A stretch of 32,000 nt of DNA, taken from Erysipelotrichaceae bacterium. Lineage in GTDB: Bacteria; Bacillota_I; Bacilli_A; Erysipelotrichales; Erysipelotrichaceae. Positions within the stretch are counted from its first letter, which is position 1. Every line of letters begins with the position of its first letter. Below the pieces are notes generated by a model. That model saw only the letters and a program-made list of their open reading frames with translations. It made no database searches and had not been told where the DNA came from. The stretch lies in the NCBI GenBank assembly GCA_963663995.1, contig OY760660.1, positions 990,001 through 1,022,000 on the forward strand, given 5' to 3'. Of the stretch, positions 1 to 8,162 are shown piece by piece. The position numbers and the translations under genes are program-made.

Positions 1-339
1 CATTTCAATAAATTGAATTTGTGACTCAATTTCATGACCTTCTCTTTCAAGTCTTTTTTCAAGAGAGGATGGATTGGTTAGAGATGAGAGAATTTGTGGT
101 CTCATCTTCACAAATGAACCCTTACCTTTAATACGTATAATAAGTCCATCTTCCATTAATTGATCATAAGCATGACGAATAATATAATGAGAGATTCCAA
201 AAACAATACAGACTTCTTCTTCAGTTGGAAGTTGTTGACCATCTCTTAAAAGACCACTCATAATGGCATCTTCAAAGCTATTTCTTAGTTGTTGGTACAC
301 AGGAACCTTTAAGGTTTTGTCTACATGGATATAATGCAT
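1..339 (-). CDS. GntR-family transcriptional regulator, N-terminal part (gene continues beyond window start)
   Basis: The ORF is open at the window edge, so it is absent from the ORF track. The minus-strand ATG at 339..337 reads MHYIHVDKTLKVPVYQQLRNSFEDAIMSGLLRDGQQLPTEEEVCIVFGISHYIIRHAYDQLMEDGLIIRIKGKGSFVKMRPQ..., which is the GntR winged-helix pattern. It begins 4 nt after the lplA stop and is probably co-transcribed with it. Confidence 0.8.
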   Translation of the reverse strand, partial: MHYIHVDKTLKVPVYQQLRNSFEDAIMSGLLRDGQQLPTEEEVCIVFGISHYIIRHAYDQLMEDGLIIRIKGKGSFVKMRPQILSSLTNPSSLEKRLEREGHEIESQIQFIEM

Positions 340-343
340 GCTT

Positions 344-1309
344 TTATTTTAGCATTTCTTTTAGTCGATTTGCGATTTGTGCACTTCGATCATCAATATC
401 GAAACTAAAAGTAGCGATACGCTCTATGAGTTCACTTTCATTTACGCCAATCACCCAATTCGCTAATGCTTCAACCCATTCGTTTTCTAAGGCATCAGAA
501 TAGAGGCGGGATTCATTGATGATTGAATTCTCACTTACAAATTCCCATTTCAAACAGCCAAAATCAAAACAATCTTCGAAAAAGAATTTGTCTAATCCTG
601 TTTGACCAAAAACATAGTCTTGGTCACTATAATGATTGATTGCTTGACTTGCATCTAACTCTTCAAAATTGATAAGTTCACCTTTAACACCAGCATATTT
701 TTCAACTTCATCAAAGAGATGACTCATTAATTCAGCAATCGTTAAACTTTTAAACACAGAAATATTTTCAATTCTTGCGGCGACAGATTTAACATTTTTA
801 CGTTGTAGTTTTTTGGGATTTGGACTCAAATATTTCCCAAGCAATTGTTTGTCAACATTGACGAGAAGTGTCCCATGATGTAAATGTGTTTTGTTTTGGT
901 GAGCAAAGGCATTCCCAGACACTTTAAAACCATCGACTTCAATATCGTTTCGTCCATTGACTTTCGCATCAACACCTAATACTTGTAAAGCATTGGCAAT
1001 CATTTTCATTTGATGATGAATTGAATAAACACCGTCTTGAGCTATAAAAGTAAAATTTAGATTCCCTAAGTCATGATAAACTGCTCCACCACCCGAACTA
1101 CGTCGAGCTACTGTTACATTATCTTCATGGGCTAAATCAAGTCTAACTTCACTTGCACAGTGTTGATGTTTACCAATAACGACGGTATGAGCATTTTGCC
1201 ACAAATAAAAAATTAATGTATCCTTCGGACATGTATCCATTAATACTTGTTCAACCGCTAAGTTTTCATAAGGATTATGTCGAGGTGATGTGATTAGTTG
1301 TAATTTCAT
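344..1309 (-). CDS. lplA: Lipoate-protein ligase
   Basis: ORF 344..1333. Hallmarks: NPYENLAVEQVLMD near the N-terminus, RRSSGGGAVYHDLGNLNF, and GNAFAHQNKTHLHHGTLLVNVD (the lipoyl-AMP binding lysine region). The track start at 1333 is GTG. I prefer the ATG at 1309 (MKLQLITSP...) because it aligns with the usual ligase N-terminus. The start remains uncertain because there is no clear SD. Confidence 0.9.
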   Translation of the reverse strand: MKLQLITSPRHNPYENLAVEQVLMDTCPKDTLIFYLWQNAHTVVIGKHQHCASEVRLDLAHEDNVTVARRSSGGGAVYHDLGNLNFTFIAQDGVYSIHHQMKMIANALQVLGVDAKVNGRNDIEVDGFKVSGNAFAHQNKTHLHHGTLLVNVDKQLLGKYLSPNPKKLQRKNVKSVAARIENISVFKSLTIAELMSHLFDEVEKYAGVKGELINFEELDASQAINHYSDQDYVFGQTGLDKFFFEDCFDFGCLKWEFVSENSIINESRLYSDALENEWVEALANWVIGVNESELIERIATFSFDIDDRSAQIANRLKEMLK

Positions 1310-1356
1310 GTGTTTATTATAAACAAAATTCACCCTTAAAGGTGAATATCGTAGGA

Positions 1357-2382
1357 CTAAATTTGTGTACTTAATATTTGCCGATGCAATTTTCGATCAT
1401 ACATTAAATCTTTTAAAGTTTGAACATCTGAGATTGTCAGGTCCAACTCATCAAAGTTCTTTTCAATTTTCTTCAAAAGTTTTAAATAGAAAGGCTCTGG
1501 ATGTTTTAAACTTTGATTTTTCAACTTTGCCTTTAAATAGACAAAGATAAGTGCCGGTAATACTTCACAGATTGAGTTCTCAATCCAGAAATCACATTGA
1601 TCAAAAGGTGGATTAAATTGTTCAAGTAGTTTCATTTCAATATCTAAACCATCGTCATTGGATTGATAGATATCGACGAAAACATAATCAAAGTTATTTA
1701 AATACATTTCATTAAAATAACCAAAAGCATCACCTTCAATAATATTAATATCTATCTTTGCCTTAAATTGAGGCAAAATATAATGTTTAAAAAGTTCAAT
1801 AACACGATGATTTCTCTCGATTACGGTAATAGATTTTACATCTTTATTAAGACTTGCCATATAAACAAAATAACCAATCCCTAAACCAAAACTTAAGACA
1901 TGACCTTTCGCTTTTAGAGCAGATGGATCGATGGTTGCACTTTCAGATGGAACATCTAACATCCAGATATCATCATTAATCGCTAAACTAAGCGTTTTAA
2001 TATTTTTATCTAGTGCTCTAAATATAATCCAGTCATTGAGCTCCTTTTTGGAATCTGCTTGAATACCTTTATAGTTAAAGAGTTGATCAGCCGCTAATTC
2101 AATCCACTTGAAAGAAACATCAGCTTCTTTGATATCTGTAAAATTAATTTTTTGATGAAACGGAGATTTCAAGAAATCATCACTACTAATATACAAAGAC
2201 GGCCACAATTCCTTCTTTCCCACAAATTCGGGATAGTTCAATTCCTCTAAAGCATTAATTACAACATCATAGCCTGTTTGTTTTAAATCAACATCTAATA
2301 ACAGATTATATTCACTGTGTGTAATGTTATATTCACATCTTTTCAAAAAAGCTTGGATATCAGAATTAAATTCTATGTTCAT
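1357..2382 (-). CDS. Uncharacterised protein with a C-terminal spermidine-synthase-like / class I SAM-methyltransferase fold
   Basis: ORF 1357..2415. The preferred start is the ATG at 2382 (MNIEFNS...), preceded by AAGGAG. The C-terminal half shows Rossmann-MTase motifs in order: VLSFGLGIGY (GxGxG), VIERN (acidic end of strand 2), IIEGDAF, DYVFVDIY. The N-terminal ~170 aa have no motif I recognise. Confidence 0.5.
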   Translation of the reverse strand: MNIEFNSDIQAFLKRCEYNITHSEYNLLLDVDLKQTGYDVVINALEELNYPEFVGKKELWPSLYISSDDFLKSPFHQKINFTDIKEADVSFKWIELAADQLFNYKGIQADSKKELNDWIIFRALDKNIKTLSLAINDDIWMLDVPSESATIDPSALKAKGHVLSFGLGIGYFVYMASLNKDVKSITVIERNHRVIELFKHYILPQFKAKIDINIIEGDAFGYFNEMYLNNFDYVFVDIYQSNDDGLDIEMKLLEQFNPPFDQCDFWIENSICEVLPALIFVYLKAKLKNQSLKHPEPFYLKLLKKIEKNFDELDLTISDVQTLKDLMYDRKLHRQILSTQI

Positions 2383-2602
2383 CGACAAGTCACTCCTTCG
2401 GCGTTTTTTATGCATATAAAGTTTTACATTGAATTAGGGCTTAAAACTATTATTACTTTACCATCGTTGATTAATATTATTGTAGAAATAAAATATTTAT
2501 TACAATAATTTTCAAAGAAATTTATTCTACAGTAATCACATATACAAGATAATGCTATTTAAAGTATTTCTATTTTTGGATTAATTAGTTTATAGTTGAA
2601 TT

Positions 2603-3472
2603 ATGATCATCGATATTTTAAGCAAAACAAAAGACCTAACTATTCAAGAAAGAGCCGTCGCCACGTATATTAAAGAAAATCCAAAAGATATTTTAAACGT
2701 TAGTATTCATGATTTAGCCATTTTAACTTACACAAGTGCAGGTACAATCTTGCGTTTATGTAAGAAGATGGGTTTTAAAGGATATTCAGATTTTAAATAC
2801 CAATTCGCAAGTGAGTATCAAACTCTACTTTATACTCAATCGCAAAATAACTTTGATTTGTTCTCTGATGAAACTTCATTAGATGAACTCATTGAACGTA
2901 TGCCACTCAGTTTCTTTAGATCTATTGAACAAACAATGACTACGCTTGAAAAACAACAAATGATTCGAATCGTTAAAAAAATTAATGAAGCAGATGAGTT
3001 AATTATCGATGGAACCAGTCTTTCTTATAAAATAGCTGATATGCTAGCGTATAAGTTTACTGATGTTGGTTTTTTCGCACGATCTTTCTCAGGCGTAAGT
3101 TGGTCACATTTAACCGCAATAAAAGAAAATAATAAAAAGGCTTTAGCTATCATTGTCTCTTTTTCAGGTGAAAATAAGCTAATGATTAATGATACAAAGA
3201 TTTTAAAAGATTTAGGCATCCCATATATCCTCGTATCATCAAACATTGAGTCTTCTATGGTTAAAGATGCTGACGAATTCATTCGTATCTTCTTCTCTCA
3301 AGTTGATTACTTGGCTTCTTCTCGATTTGGAACTGTTGTCCAAGCCATCTTTGATAATTTGATTGCGATTAACATCCACTTCAATAAGCTCTTCTTTAGG
3401 TCTCATCATGAACAGATTGATAAAACTTTCGAATTAACAGAAGCAATGAAATTACCTAAACAGGACTCCTAA
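2603..3472 (+). CDS. RpiR/MurR-family transcriptional regulator (HTH + SIS phosphosugar-binding domain), copy 1
   Basis: The N-terminus has the RpiR HTH pattern (LTIQERAVATYIKENPKDILNVSIHDLAILTYTSAGTILRLCKKMGFKGYSDFKYQF). The C-terminal part is SIS-like (LIIDGTSLSY..., IIVSFSGEN). Confidence 0.85.
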   Translation: MIIDILSKTKDLTIQERAVATYIKENPKDILNVSIHDLAILTYTSAGTILRLCKKMGFKGYSDFKYQFASEYQTLLYTQSQNNFDLFSDETSLDELIERMPLSFFRSIEQTMTTLEKQQMIRIVKKINEADELIIDGTSLSYKIADMLAYKFTDVGFFARSFSGVSWSHLTAIKENNKKALAIIVSFSGENKLMINDTKILKDLGIPYILVSSNIESSMVKDADEFIRIFFSQVDYLASSRFGTVVQAIFDNLIAINIHFNKLFFRSHHEQIDKTFELTEAMKLPKQDS

Positions 3473-3487
3473 GAGTTCTGTTTTTTT
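3460..3487 (+). terminator. Rho-independent terminator of rpiR copy 1
   Basis: ACAGGACTC (3460-3468) / loop CTAA / GAGTTCTGT (3473-3481), with one G.U pair, followed by T6. The hairpin overlaps the stop codon. Confidence 0.7.
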
Positions 3488-3504
3488 ATCTTTTATCATA
3501 AACC

Positions 3505-3533
3505 CACAAAAAAAGGAATCCGAAGATTCCTTT
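3505..3533 (-). terminator. Rho-independent terminator of EIIC copy 1
   Basis: Read on the minus strand: AAAGGAATC-TTCG-GATTCCTTT followed by TTTTGTGGGTTT. This is a 9-bp perfect stem with a tetraloop. Confidence 0.75.
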
Positions 3534-3559
3534 ATATGCCCAGATTCAATTGTCTGAAA

Positions 3560-4840
3560 TTATTCAGCTGCACCTTGTTCTTCAGCGTATTTAGCTTTAT
3601 CCCAAGCAGCGATGAATGGGAAGTAGATTAAACCAGTTGTTACGAATGTTACAACTTGGAGTAAAACAACACGAACATCACCATTACCGATATAGAAACC
3701 GGATAAGATAATTGGAGTTGTCCAAGGAGCTGCAAGACCTGGTAGACGACCTACAAGACCTGATGAGATAGCTAAGTAAGAAATAACAACTGAACTCATA
3801 GGAGCTAAGAAGAATGGAATCATCATCATTGGGTTCATGATAATAGGTAAACCGAATGTAACTGTTTCATTGATATTGAATAGACCTGGACCCATTGATA
3901 AACGACCGATATATTTGATTTGATCAGATTTAGCTAAGAAAGTCATGATGAATACAAGTGATAAAGTAGCACCTGAACCACCATTACGTACTAAGTTAGC
4001 CATGAATTCATTAGTAACGATATAAGGTAGAGCTTCACCAGCTTGAGAAGCAGCTAAGTTTGATAATGTAGCAGCTTGCCAGATTGGTGTAAATACAGAA
4101 CCAACAACGTTAGCACCGTGAATACCAACAAACCAGAATAATTGAACGAAGAATTCAGCCATTAATGTTCCGAATAAACCTGTACCTAAAGCAGTTAAAG
4201 GTTGTTGTAGAACGATCATAATGAAGTCTGAGTAAGTTACATAGCTTGTTTGCATGAAGATGAAACGAACTACTGTCCAGAATACGATAGCGATAGCAGC
4301 AGGTGTTAACGCCATGAATTGATTGGAGATTGCAGGTGGAACTTGTTCAGGAAGTTTGATTGTCCAACCTTTTTCTAATACAAAGTCATAAATTAAGCTA
4401 GTAACAATCGCAACTGTCATACCAGCAAATAGACCTTGAGCACCTAAGAATTGAGTAGCATAGCCACCAGCTTCTTGTTGGTGTAATAAAATGAAGAAAC
4501 CTGATAGAGCGATCATAGCTGCAGGTAAAGCAGGTTTACCTTTGTGTGTAGTGAATGCGTAAGCAACACCGATTGTAGCTACGATAGCAACCATACCCAT
4601 TGTTGAAGCGTAGATAACACCCCAGTTAAACCATTTCCAATTTTCACCGAAAACAGATAACATCATGTTTTGATATGCATCAACAGGTAATTCAGCAACA
4701 ACGATAACCATTGATCCAACGATCATAAGTGGTAATGAAGCAACTAACCCGTCACGGAGTGATCCGAGAAAAATATTTTGTTGAAGTTTAGCTGCAATAG
4801 GAAGAAATTTTTCTTCTAATAAACGTGTAAAACCATCCAT
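3560..4840 (-). CDS. PTS EIIC component, lactose/cellobiose (Lac) family, orphan copy 1
   Basis: 426 aa polytopic membrane protein. The N-terminus MDGFTRLLEEKFLPIAAKLQQNIFLGSLRDG is typical of CelB/LicC-type EIIC, and it carries the conserved LPEQVPP and FNINETVTFGLPIIMNP motifs. No EIIA or EIIB gene is adjacent. Confidence 0.9.
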   Translation of the reverse strand: MDGFTRLLEEKFLPIAAKLQQNIFLGSLRDGLVASLPLMIVGSMVIVVAELPVDAYQNMMLSVFGENWKWFNWGVIYASTMGMVAIVATIGVAYAFTTHKGKPALPAAMIALSGFFILLHQQEAGGYATQFLGAQGLFAGMTVAIVTSLIYDFVLEKGWTIKLPEQVPPAISNQFMALTPAAIAIVFWTVVRFIFMQTSYVTYSDFIMIVLQQPLTALGTGLFGTLMAEFFVQLFWFVGIHGANVVGSVFTPIWQAATLSNLAASQAGEALPYIVTNEFMANLVRNGGSGATLSLVFIMTFLAKSDQIKYIGRLSMGPGLFNINETVTFGLPIIMNPMMMIPFFLAPMSSVVISYLAISSGLVGRLPGLAAPWTTPIILSGFYIGNGDVRVVLLQVVTFVTTGLIYFPFIAAWDKAKYAEEQGAAE

Positions 4841-4994
4841 ATTTTTGAAATTCCCCTTTCGGAATATGCTTAAGGAAATAAAAGAAATGCGTATATGAAG
4901 TTTAGAGTGAAATCACACTGGGCAAGTGAGTTAAAAGTTGATTTTAGTATTCACGCTTTTCAAGAAGCATTTCCTAGTCCTTAAGACCACTGTC

Positions 4995-5023
4995 ATCATA
5001 AAATGTAAAACGCTTACATACAA
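4995..5023 (-). promoter_or_regulatory. Candidate sigma-A promoter of EIIC copy 1 with a cre-like palindrome in the spacer
   Basis: Minus strand: TTGTAT (5023-5018) - 17 nt - TATGAT (5000-4995). The spacer contains TGTAAGCGTTTTACA (5018-5004), which matches the cre consensus TGNAARCGNWWWCA except for one extra base near the 3' end. This implies a ~150-nt 5' UTR. Confidence 0.35.
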
Positions 5024-5093
5024 GTACGCAAGCGTTGATTGACACATAATTTCACACATTCTCACATAAAGTGGGAATTTTTGGAATTTTGTT

Positions 5094-5576
5094 CTATTTG
5101 AGTATTTTTGTTTGAATCCAGGTTTCAAGTTCTTTATCTTGATCTGTTTCATTTCGTAAATTCAAGCCTTCTAAAACTGTAGAATAAGGAAAATAGGGCT
5201 TAATATCAGTACTTTTTTTATGTGACCTTGCCCCTTCATGGGTACAAAAAGCAGCCACTTTCTTATCCATCAATCGTAATTGACCCACTAAATATTTGAG
5301 TGGTTCTGGAATTCCTTCCCACCAATTAGGATAACCAAACAAGACAATATCAAAACTTGACACATCAATCACACCATTTTTATTTATGTGATGAGGATTT
5401 TCTACACTTTCCTTTTCAATCACCTTTATCGGAGATTTTTGTGTATTTGGATAATCTTTACTAGGGTTGACTTCGAAAAGCACACCATGTGTGAGTTTCT
5501 TTAATTTCTCCGCCACTCCTTTTGTATTACCAGAGTGACATAAATAAAATATTGCAACCTTTTTCATATTATCCAT
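5094..5576 (-). CDS. Flavodoxin-family protein
   Basis: 160 aa. The N-terminal FMN phosphate loop is KKVAIFYLCHSGNTKGVAEKL, and later FGYPNWWEGIP resembles the short flavodoxin-like fold. The start may instead be the ATG at 5567 (MKKVAIF...). Confidence 0.7.
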   Translation of the reverse strand: MDNMKKVAIFYLCHSGNTKGVAEKLKKLTHGVLFEVNPSKDYPNTQKSPIKVIEKESVENPHHINKNGVIDVSSFDIVLFGYPNWWEGIPEPLKYLVGQLRLMDKKVAAFCTHEGARSHKKSTDIKPYFPYSTVLEGLNLRNETDQDKELETWIQTKILK

Positions 5577-5620
5577 GTTCTATTGTACGTGAAAAATCAA
5601 ATTATTTTCACTAAATTTAA

Positions 5621-6550
5621 TTATTCATATAATGCTGTTGATAAATAACGTTCTCCATTATCAGGTAATAAGACTAAAACCTTTTTGCCTTTATTCTCTG
5701 AACGTGATCCATATTCAATGGCAGCATGTAATGCAGCTCCTGATGAGATTCCAATTAAGAAACCTTCGTTTGTCGCATTTAAACGGGCTTTTTCAAAAGC
5801 ACTATCCAGTTCAACAGTAATAACTTCATCGTAGATTTGAGTATTTAATGTATTCGGAATAAACCCTGCACCGATACCAGCAATTTTATGTGGGCCTGCA
5901 GTTCCTTTCGTTAGTACAGGTGAATCAATCGGTTCAACCGCAATAACTTTAATTCCATTTACTTTTTCCTTTAAGTATTTACCAGTTCCACTAATAGTAC
6001 CACCAGTACCAACTCCAGCCACAAAGGCATCTAATGTCCCCTCAAACGCTTTCATGATTTCAGGACCCGTTGTTTTATAGTGCGTATTTGGGTTTGCTTC
6101 GTTTTCAAATTGTGAAGGCATAAAACTATTTGGAATTTCATTCAGTAGCTCTGCCGCTTTCGCATTTGCACCCTTCATTCCTTTAGCAGCTTCCGTTAAT
6201 ATCAGTTGTGCACCATAGGCTTTCATTAACTTGCGACGTTCAATTGGCATACTTTCTGGCATGGTAAGAATGACTTTATAACCTTTAACTGCCGCAACTG
6301 AACATAAACCAATACCAGTATTACCACTTGTTGATTCAACAATAGTTGCGCCTGGTTTTAATAATCCTTTACTTTCAGCATCTTCAATCATTGCTAAAGC
6401 GATACGATCTTTAACACTGCCAGCTGGATTAAAACTTTCTACTTTTGCATATAATTCAAAGTTTAAACCCAGTTTCTTTTCTAGTCTTTCTAAACGAATA
6501 ATCGGTGTGTTTCCCACAAGTTCTAAAGATGAATTGTATATATTTGACAT
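5621..6550 (-). CDS. cysK: Cysteine synthase A (O-acetylserine sulfhydrylase), PLP-dependent
   Basis: [25 protein letters not shown] (PLP lysine), [19 protein letters not shown] and ISSGAA are all in canonical CysK order. Length is 309 aa. Confidence 0.9.
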   Translation of the reverse strand: MSNIYNSSLELVGNTPIIRLERLEKKLGLNFELYAKVESFNPAGSVKDRIALAMIEDAESKGLLKPGATIVESTSGNTGIGLCSVAAVKGYKVILTMPESMPIERRKLMKAYGAQLILTEAAKGMKGANAKAAELLNEIPNSFMPSQFENEANPNTHYKTTGPEIMKAFEGTLDAFVAGVGTGGTISGTGKYLKEKVNGIKVIAVEPIDSPVLTKGTAGPHKIAGIGAGFIPNTLNTQIYDEVITVELDSAFEKARLNATNEGFLIGISSGAALHAAIEYGSRSENKGKKVLVLLPDNGERYLSTALYE

Positions 6551-6574
6551 AGTGTACTCCTTTTACCTACTAAC

Positions 6575-6603
6575 ATTATAGGTAAGTATCTCTTCTTTAT
6601 CAA
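6575..6603 (-). promoter_or_regulatory. Sigma-A promoter of cysK
   Basis: Minus strand: TTGATA (6603-6598) - 17 nt - TATAAT (6580-6575). It lies ~25 nt upstream of the cysK ATG with AAAGGAG between. The leader is too short for a riboswitch or T-box. Confidence 0.6.
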
Positions 6604-6623
6604 GTAAAGCAATCATAACACAT

Positions 6624-6646
6624 AAAAACCATTGATTTCTCAATGG
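6624..6646 (-). terminator. Rho-independent terminator after the sulfatase gene
   Basis: Minus strand: CCATTGA-GAAA-TCAATGG followed by TTTTT, 9 nt after the sulfatase stop. Confidence 0.75.
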
Positions 6647-6654
6647 CTTAGATA

Positions 6655-8127
6655 TTATCTTTTATCGCGTTTATTTGGGACAAAGTCACCAGTTTCTATC
6701 ATCCGATAGAGTAGTTTAGAACGCATCAGTTCAATTTGTCCTTGATACTCTGGCGCATCAATCACGTTATTGAGTTCTAGTGGATCTTTATCTAGATCAT
6801 AGAATTCATGTTTTTCATATAATCGATACGTATATTTGAAGTTCTTCATCCGTACCATAATTGCTTTGGTATGTTCAGGTCCTTCTGATCCTTGTGTACT
6901 TAAACGAGGATAGTATGGCGATTCAGGTCCATGTCCTCTTTCCATCGCTTGTGTTTCACCATGAATACGTCCACCTTCACATAAAACTAATTCTTTATGT
7001 TCAGGATTCCCTGCAATCGCATCAACTAAGGATTTTCCAAATTGTGTATAAGGCAATTCGACCCCTGTCATTTCAGACACCGTCGCACTCAAGTCTGCAA
7101 GTTCCACTAAAGCTTTAGACACACCTGTCTTCACTTTAAAATCTTTGGATGGTTTTACGATAAGTGGAACCTTACAAACAGGGTCATCAAAGAGGTTTTG
7201 TGCTTTTTCAGCTACCCCATAATCCGTTGTGTAATCTCCATGATCACTAAATATAAAGACTGAACTATTATCATAGAAATCATGTTCTTTTAACTTATCC
7301 ATGAGTTGACCAAACTGTTCATCAAAACGCATGGTCATCGCAAGATAGGTTGCGCGAAGTTCAGAAAACCACGCTTCATCAAAGGCTTCTTCTAATCCTT
7401 GTTTCCCTACAATAGATGTCATCATCGATGGTTTATCCTTTAAGGTTCTCGCATCAGGACGACGAGCTAGTAATTTACTTCGATCAATGGCTGAATAATA
7501 AGGTTCTTCACATTGATAAGGAGGATGTGGATATATGAGTGTTATATAGATAAAGAAAGGTTTATCATTTCCACTTTTTGCTTTTCTATCAAGATAGTCC
7601 ATTGCGCTTTTTAAACAATTTTTATCCATCATGGAAAAGCTATCATCCCCTTCAACTTTTCCTACATAAAAGGAATAGAGTTCAGGTGATGGTTCAACTG
7701 GGTCGTGACCATGACCTTTAAACCCAGGATTTACTGGAGGTTCTACTTGACTTTCAAAACTTGCTCCACTGTAATATTCATGACAATAAGCTGCTTTAGA
7801 TTGATCCGCTGGAATAACATCATTACGACCAATCCAAATGACTTCATAACCAGCATCTTTCATCACTTTTAGAATGTTTGGATCATCTTGAGCAGTTAAA
7901 TAATGCATTGTACGATGCCCTCTTGTATGAGGATAGAGTCCCGATAAGAAACTGTGACGTGATGGAACACAAACTGGATTTTGGCAGTAGGCATTCTCAA
8001 ATGAAATCGCATCTGTTTCAACAATTTTGTCAAAACAAGGCGTTAAAGAAGCAGGATTCCCATGGTGCCCAAGGGAATCGCTGCGCATTTGATCAGCTAC
8101 GAAATAAACAATATTTGGTTGATTCAC
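6655..8127 (-). CDS. Cys-type (formylglycine-dependent) sulfatase, no signal peptide
   Basis: The N-terminus goes straight into the conserved first strand, PNIVYFVADQMRSD (metal-binding D/Q). The formylglycine signature C-V-P-S-R-HSFLSG has Cys53 at 7971..7969. The conserved FIFSDHGD metal/sulfate site is also present. GTG start at 8127 with AGGAG 8 nt upstream. No hydrophobic leader or lipobox is present. Confidence 0.9.
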   Translation of the reverse strand: MNQPNIVYFVADQMRSDSLGHHGNPASLTPCFDKIVETDAISFENAYCQNPVCVPSRHSFLSGLYPHTRGHRTMHYLTAQDDPNILKVMKDAGYEVIWIGRNDVIPADQSKAAYCHEYYSGASFESQVEPPVNPGFKGHGHDPVEPSPELYSFYVGKVEGDDSFSMMDKNCLKSAMDYLDRKAKSGNDKPFFIYITLIYPHPPYQCEEPYYSAIDRSKLLARRPDARTLKDKPSMMTSIVGKQGLEEAFDEAWFSELRATYLAMTMRFDEQFGQLMDKLKEHDFYDNSSVFIFSDHGDYTTDYGVAEKAQNLFDDPVCKVPLIVKPSKDFKVKTGVSKALVELADLSATVSEMTGVELPYTQFGKSLVDAIAGNPEHKELVLCEGGRIHGETQAMERGHGPESPYYPRLSTQGSEGPEHTKAIMVRMKNFKYTYRLYEKHEFYDLDKDPLELNNVIDAPEYQGQIELMRSKLLYRMIETGDFVPNKRDKR

Positions 8128-8162
8128 AATATATACTCCTAACTGAAACGATTAATAAATAA

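Noticed and set aside
2476-2509. 9-bp inverted repeat ATTATTGTA-N16-TACAATAAT in the divergent promoter region upstream of rpiR copy 1, as a possible operator.
   Set aside because: It consists entirely of A/T-rich arms in a very AT-rich spacer and has no second copy elsewhere in the window. It cannot be distinguished from chance without comparative data.
1365-3282. Small ORFs 1365-1550 (+), 2317-2508 (+) and 3025-3282 (-).
   Set aside because: They lie antisense to, or overlap, the methyltransferase-fold gene and rpiR. None has an SD or a recognisable motif, and 2317-2508 runs through the divergent promoter region.
5009-5036. Hairpin AACGCTT-N14-AAGCGTT as a terminator for the flavodoxin gene.
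   Set aside because: The stem is only 7 bp with a 14-nt loop, and the downstream tract (TTACATTTTA) is a poor U-run. It also overlaps the candidate EIIC-1 promoter, so I could not decide between the two readings and did not call it.
4931-5152. ORF track entry of 73 aa on the minus strand, between flavodoxin and EIIC-1.
   Set aside because: It overlaps the flavodoxin 3' end and has no SD. Its composition is basic and low-complexity (MKQIKIKNLKPGFKQKYSNRTKFQKF...), and the region is better explained as promoter plus 5' UTR of EIIC-1.
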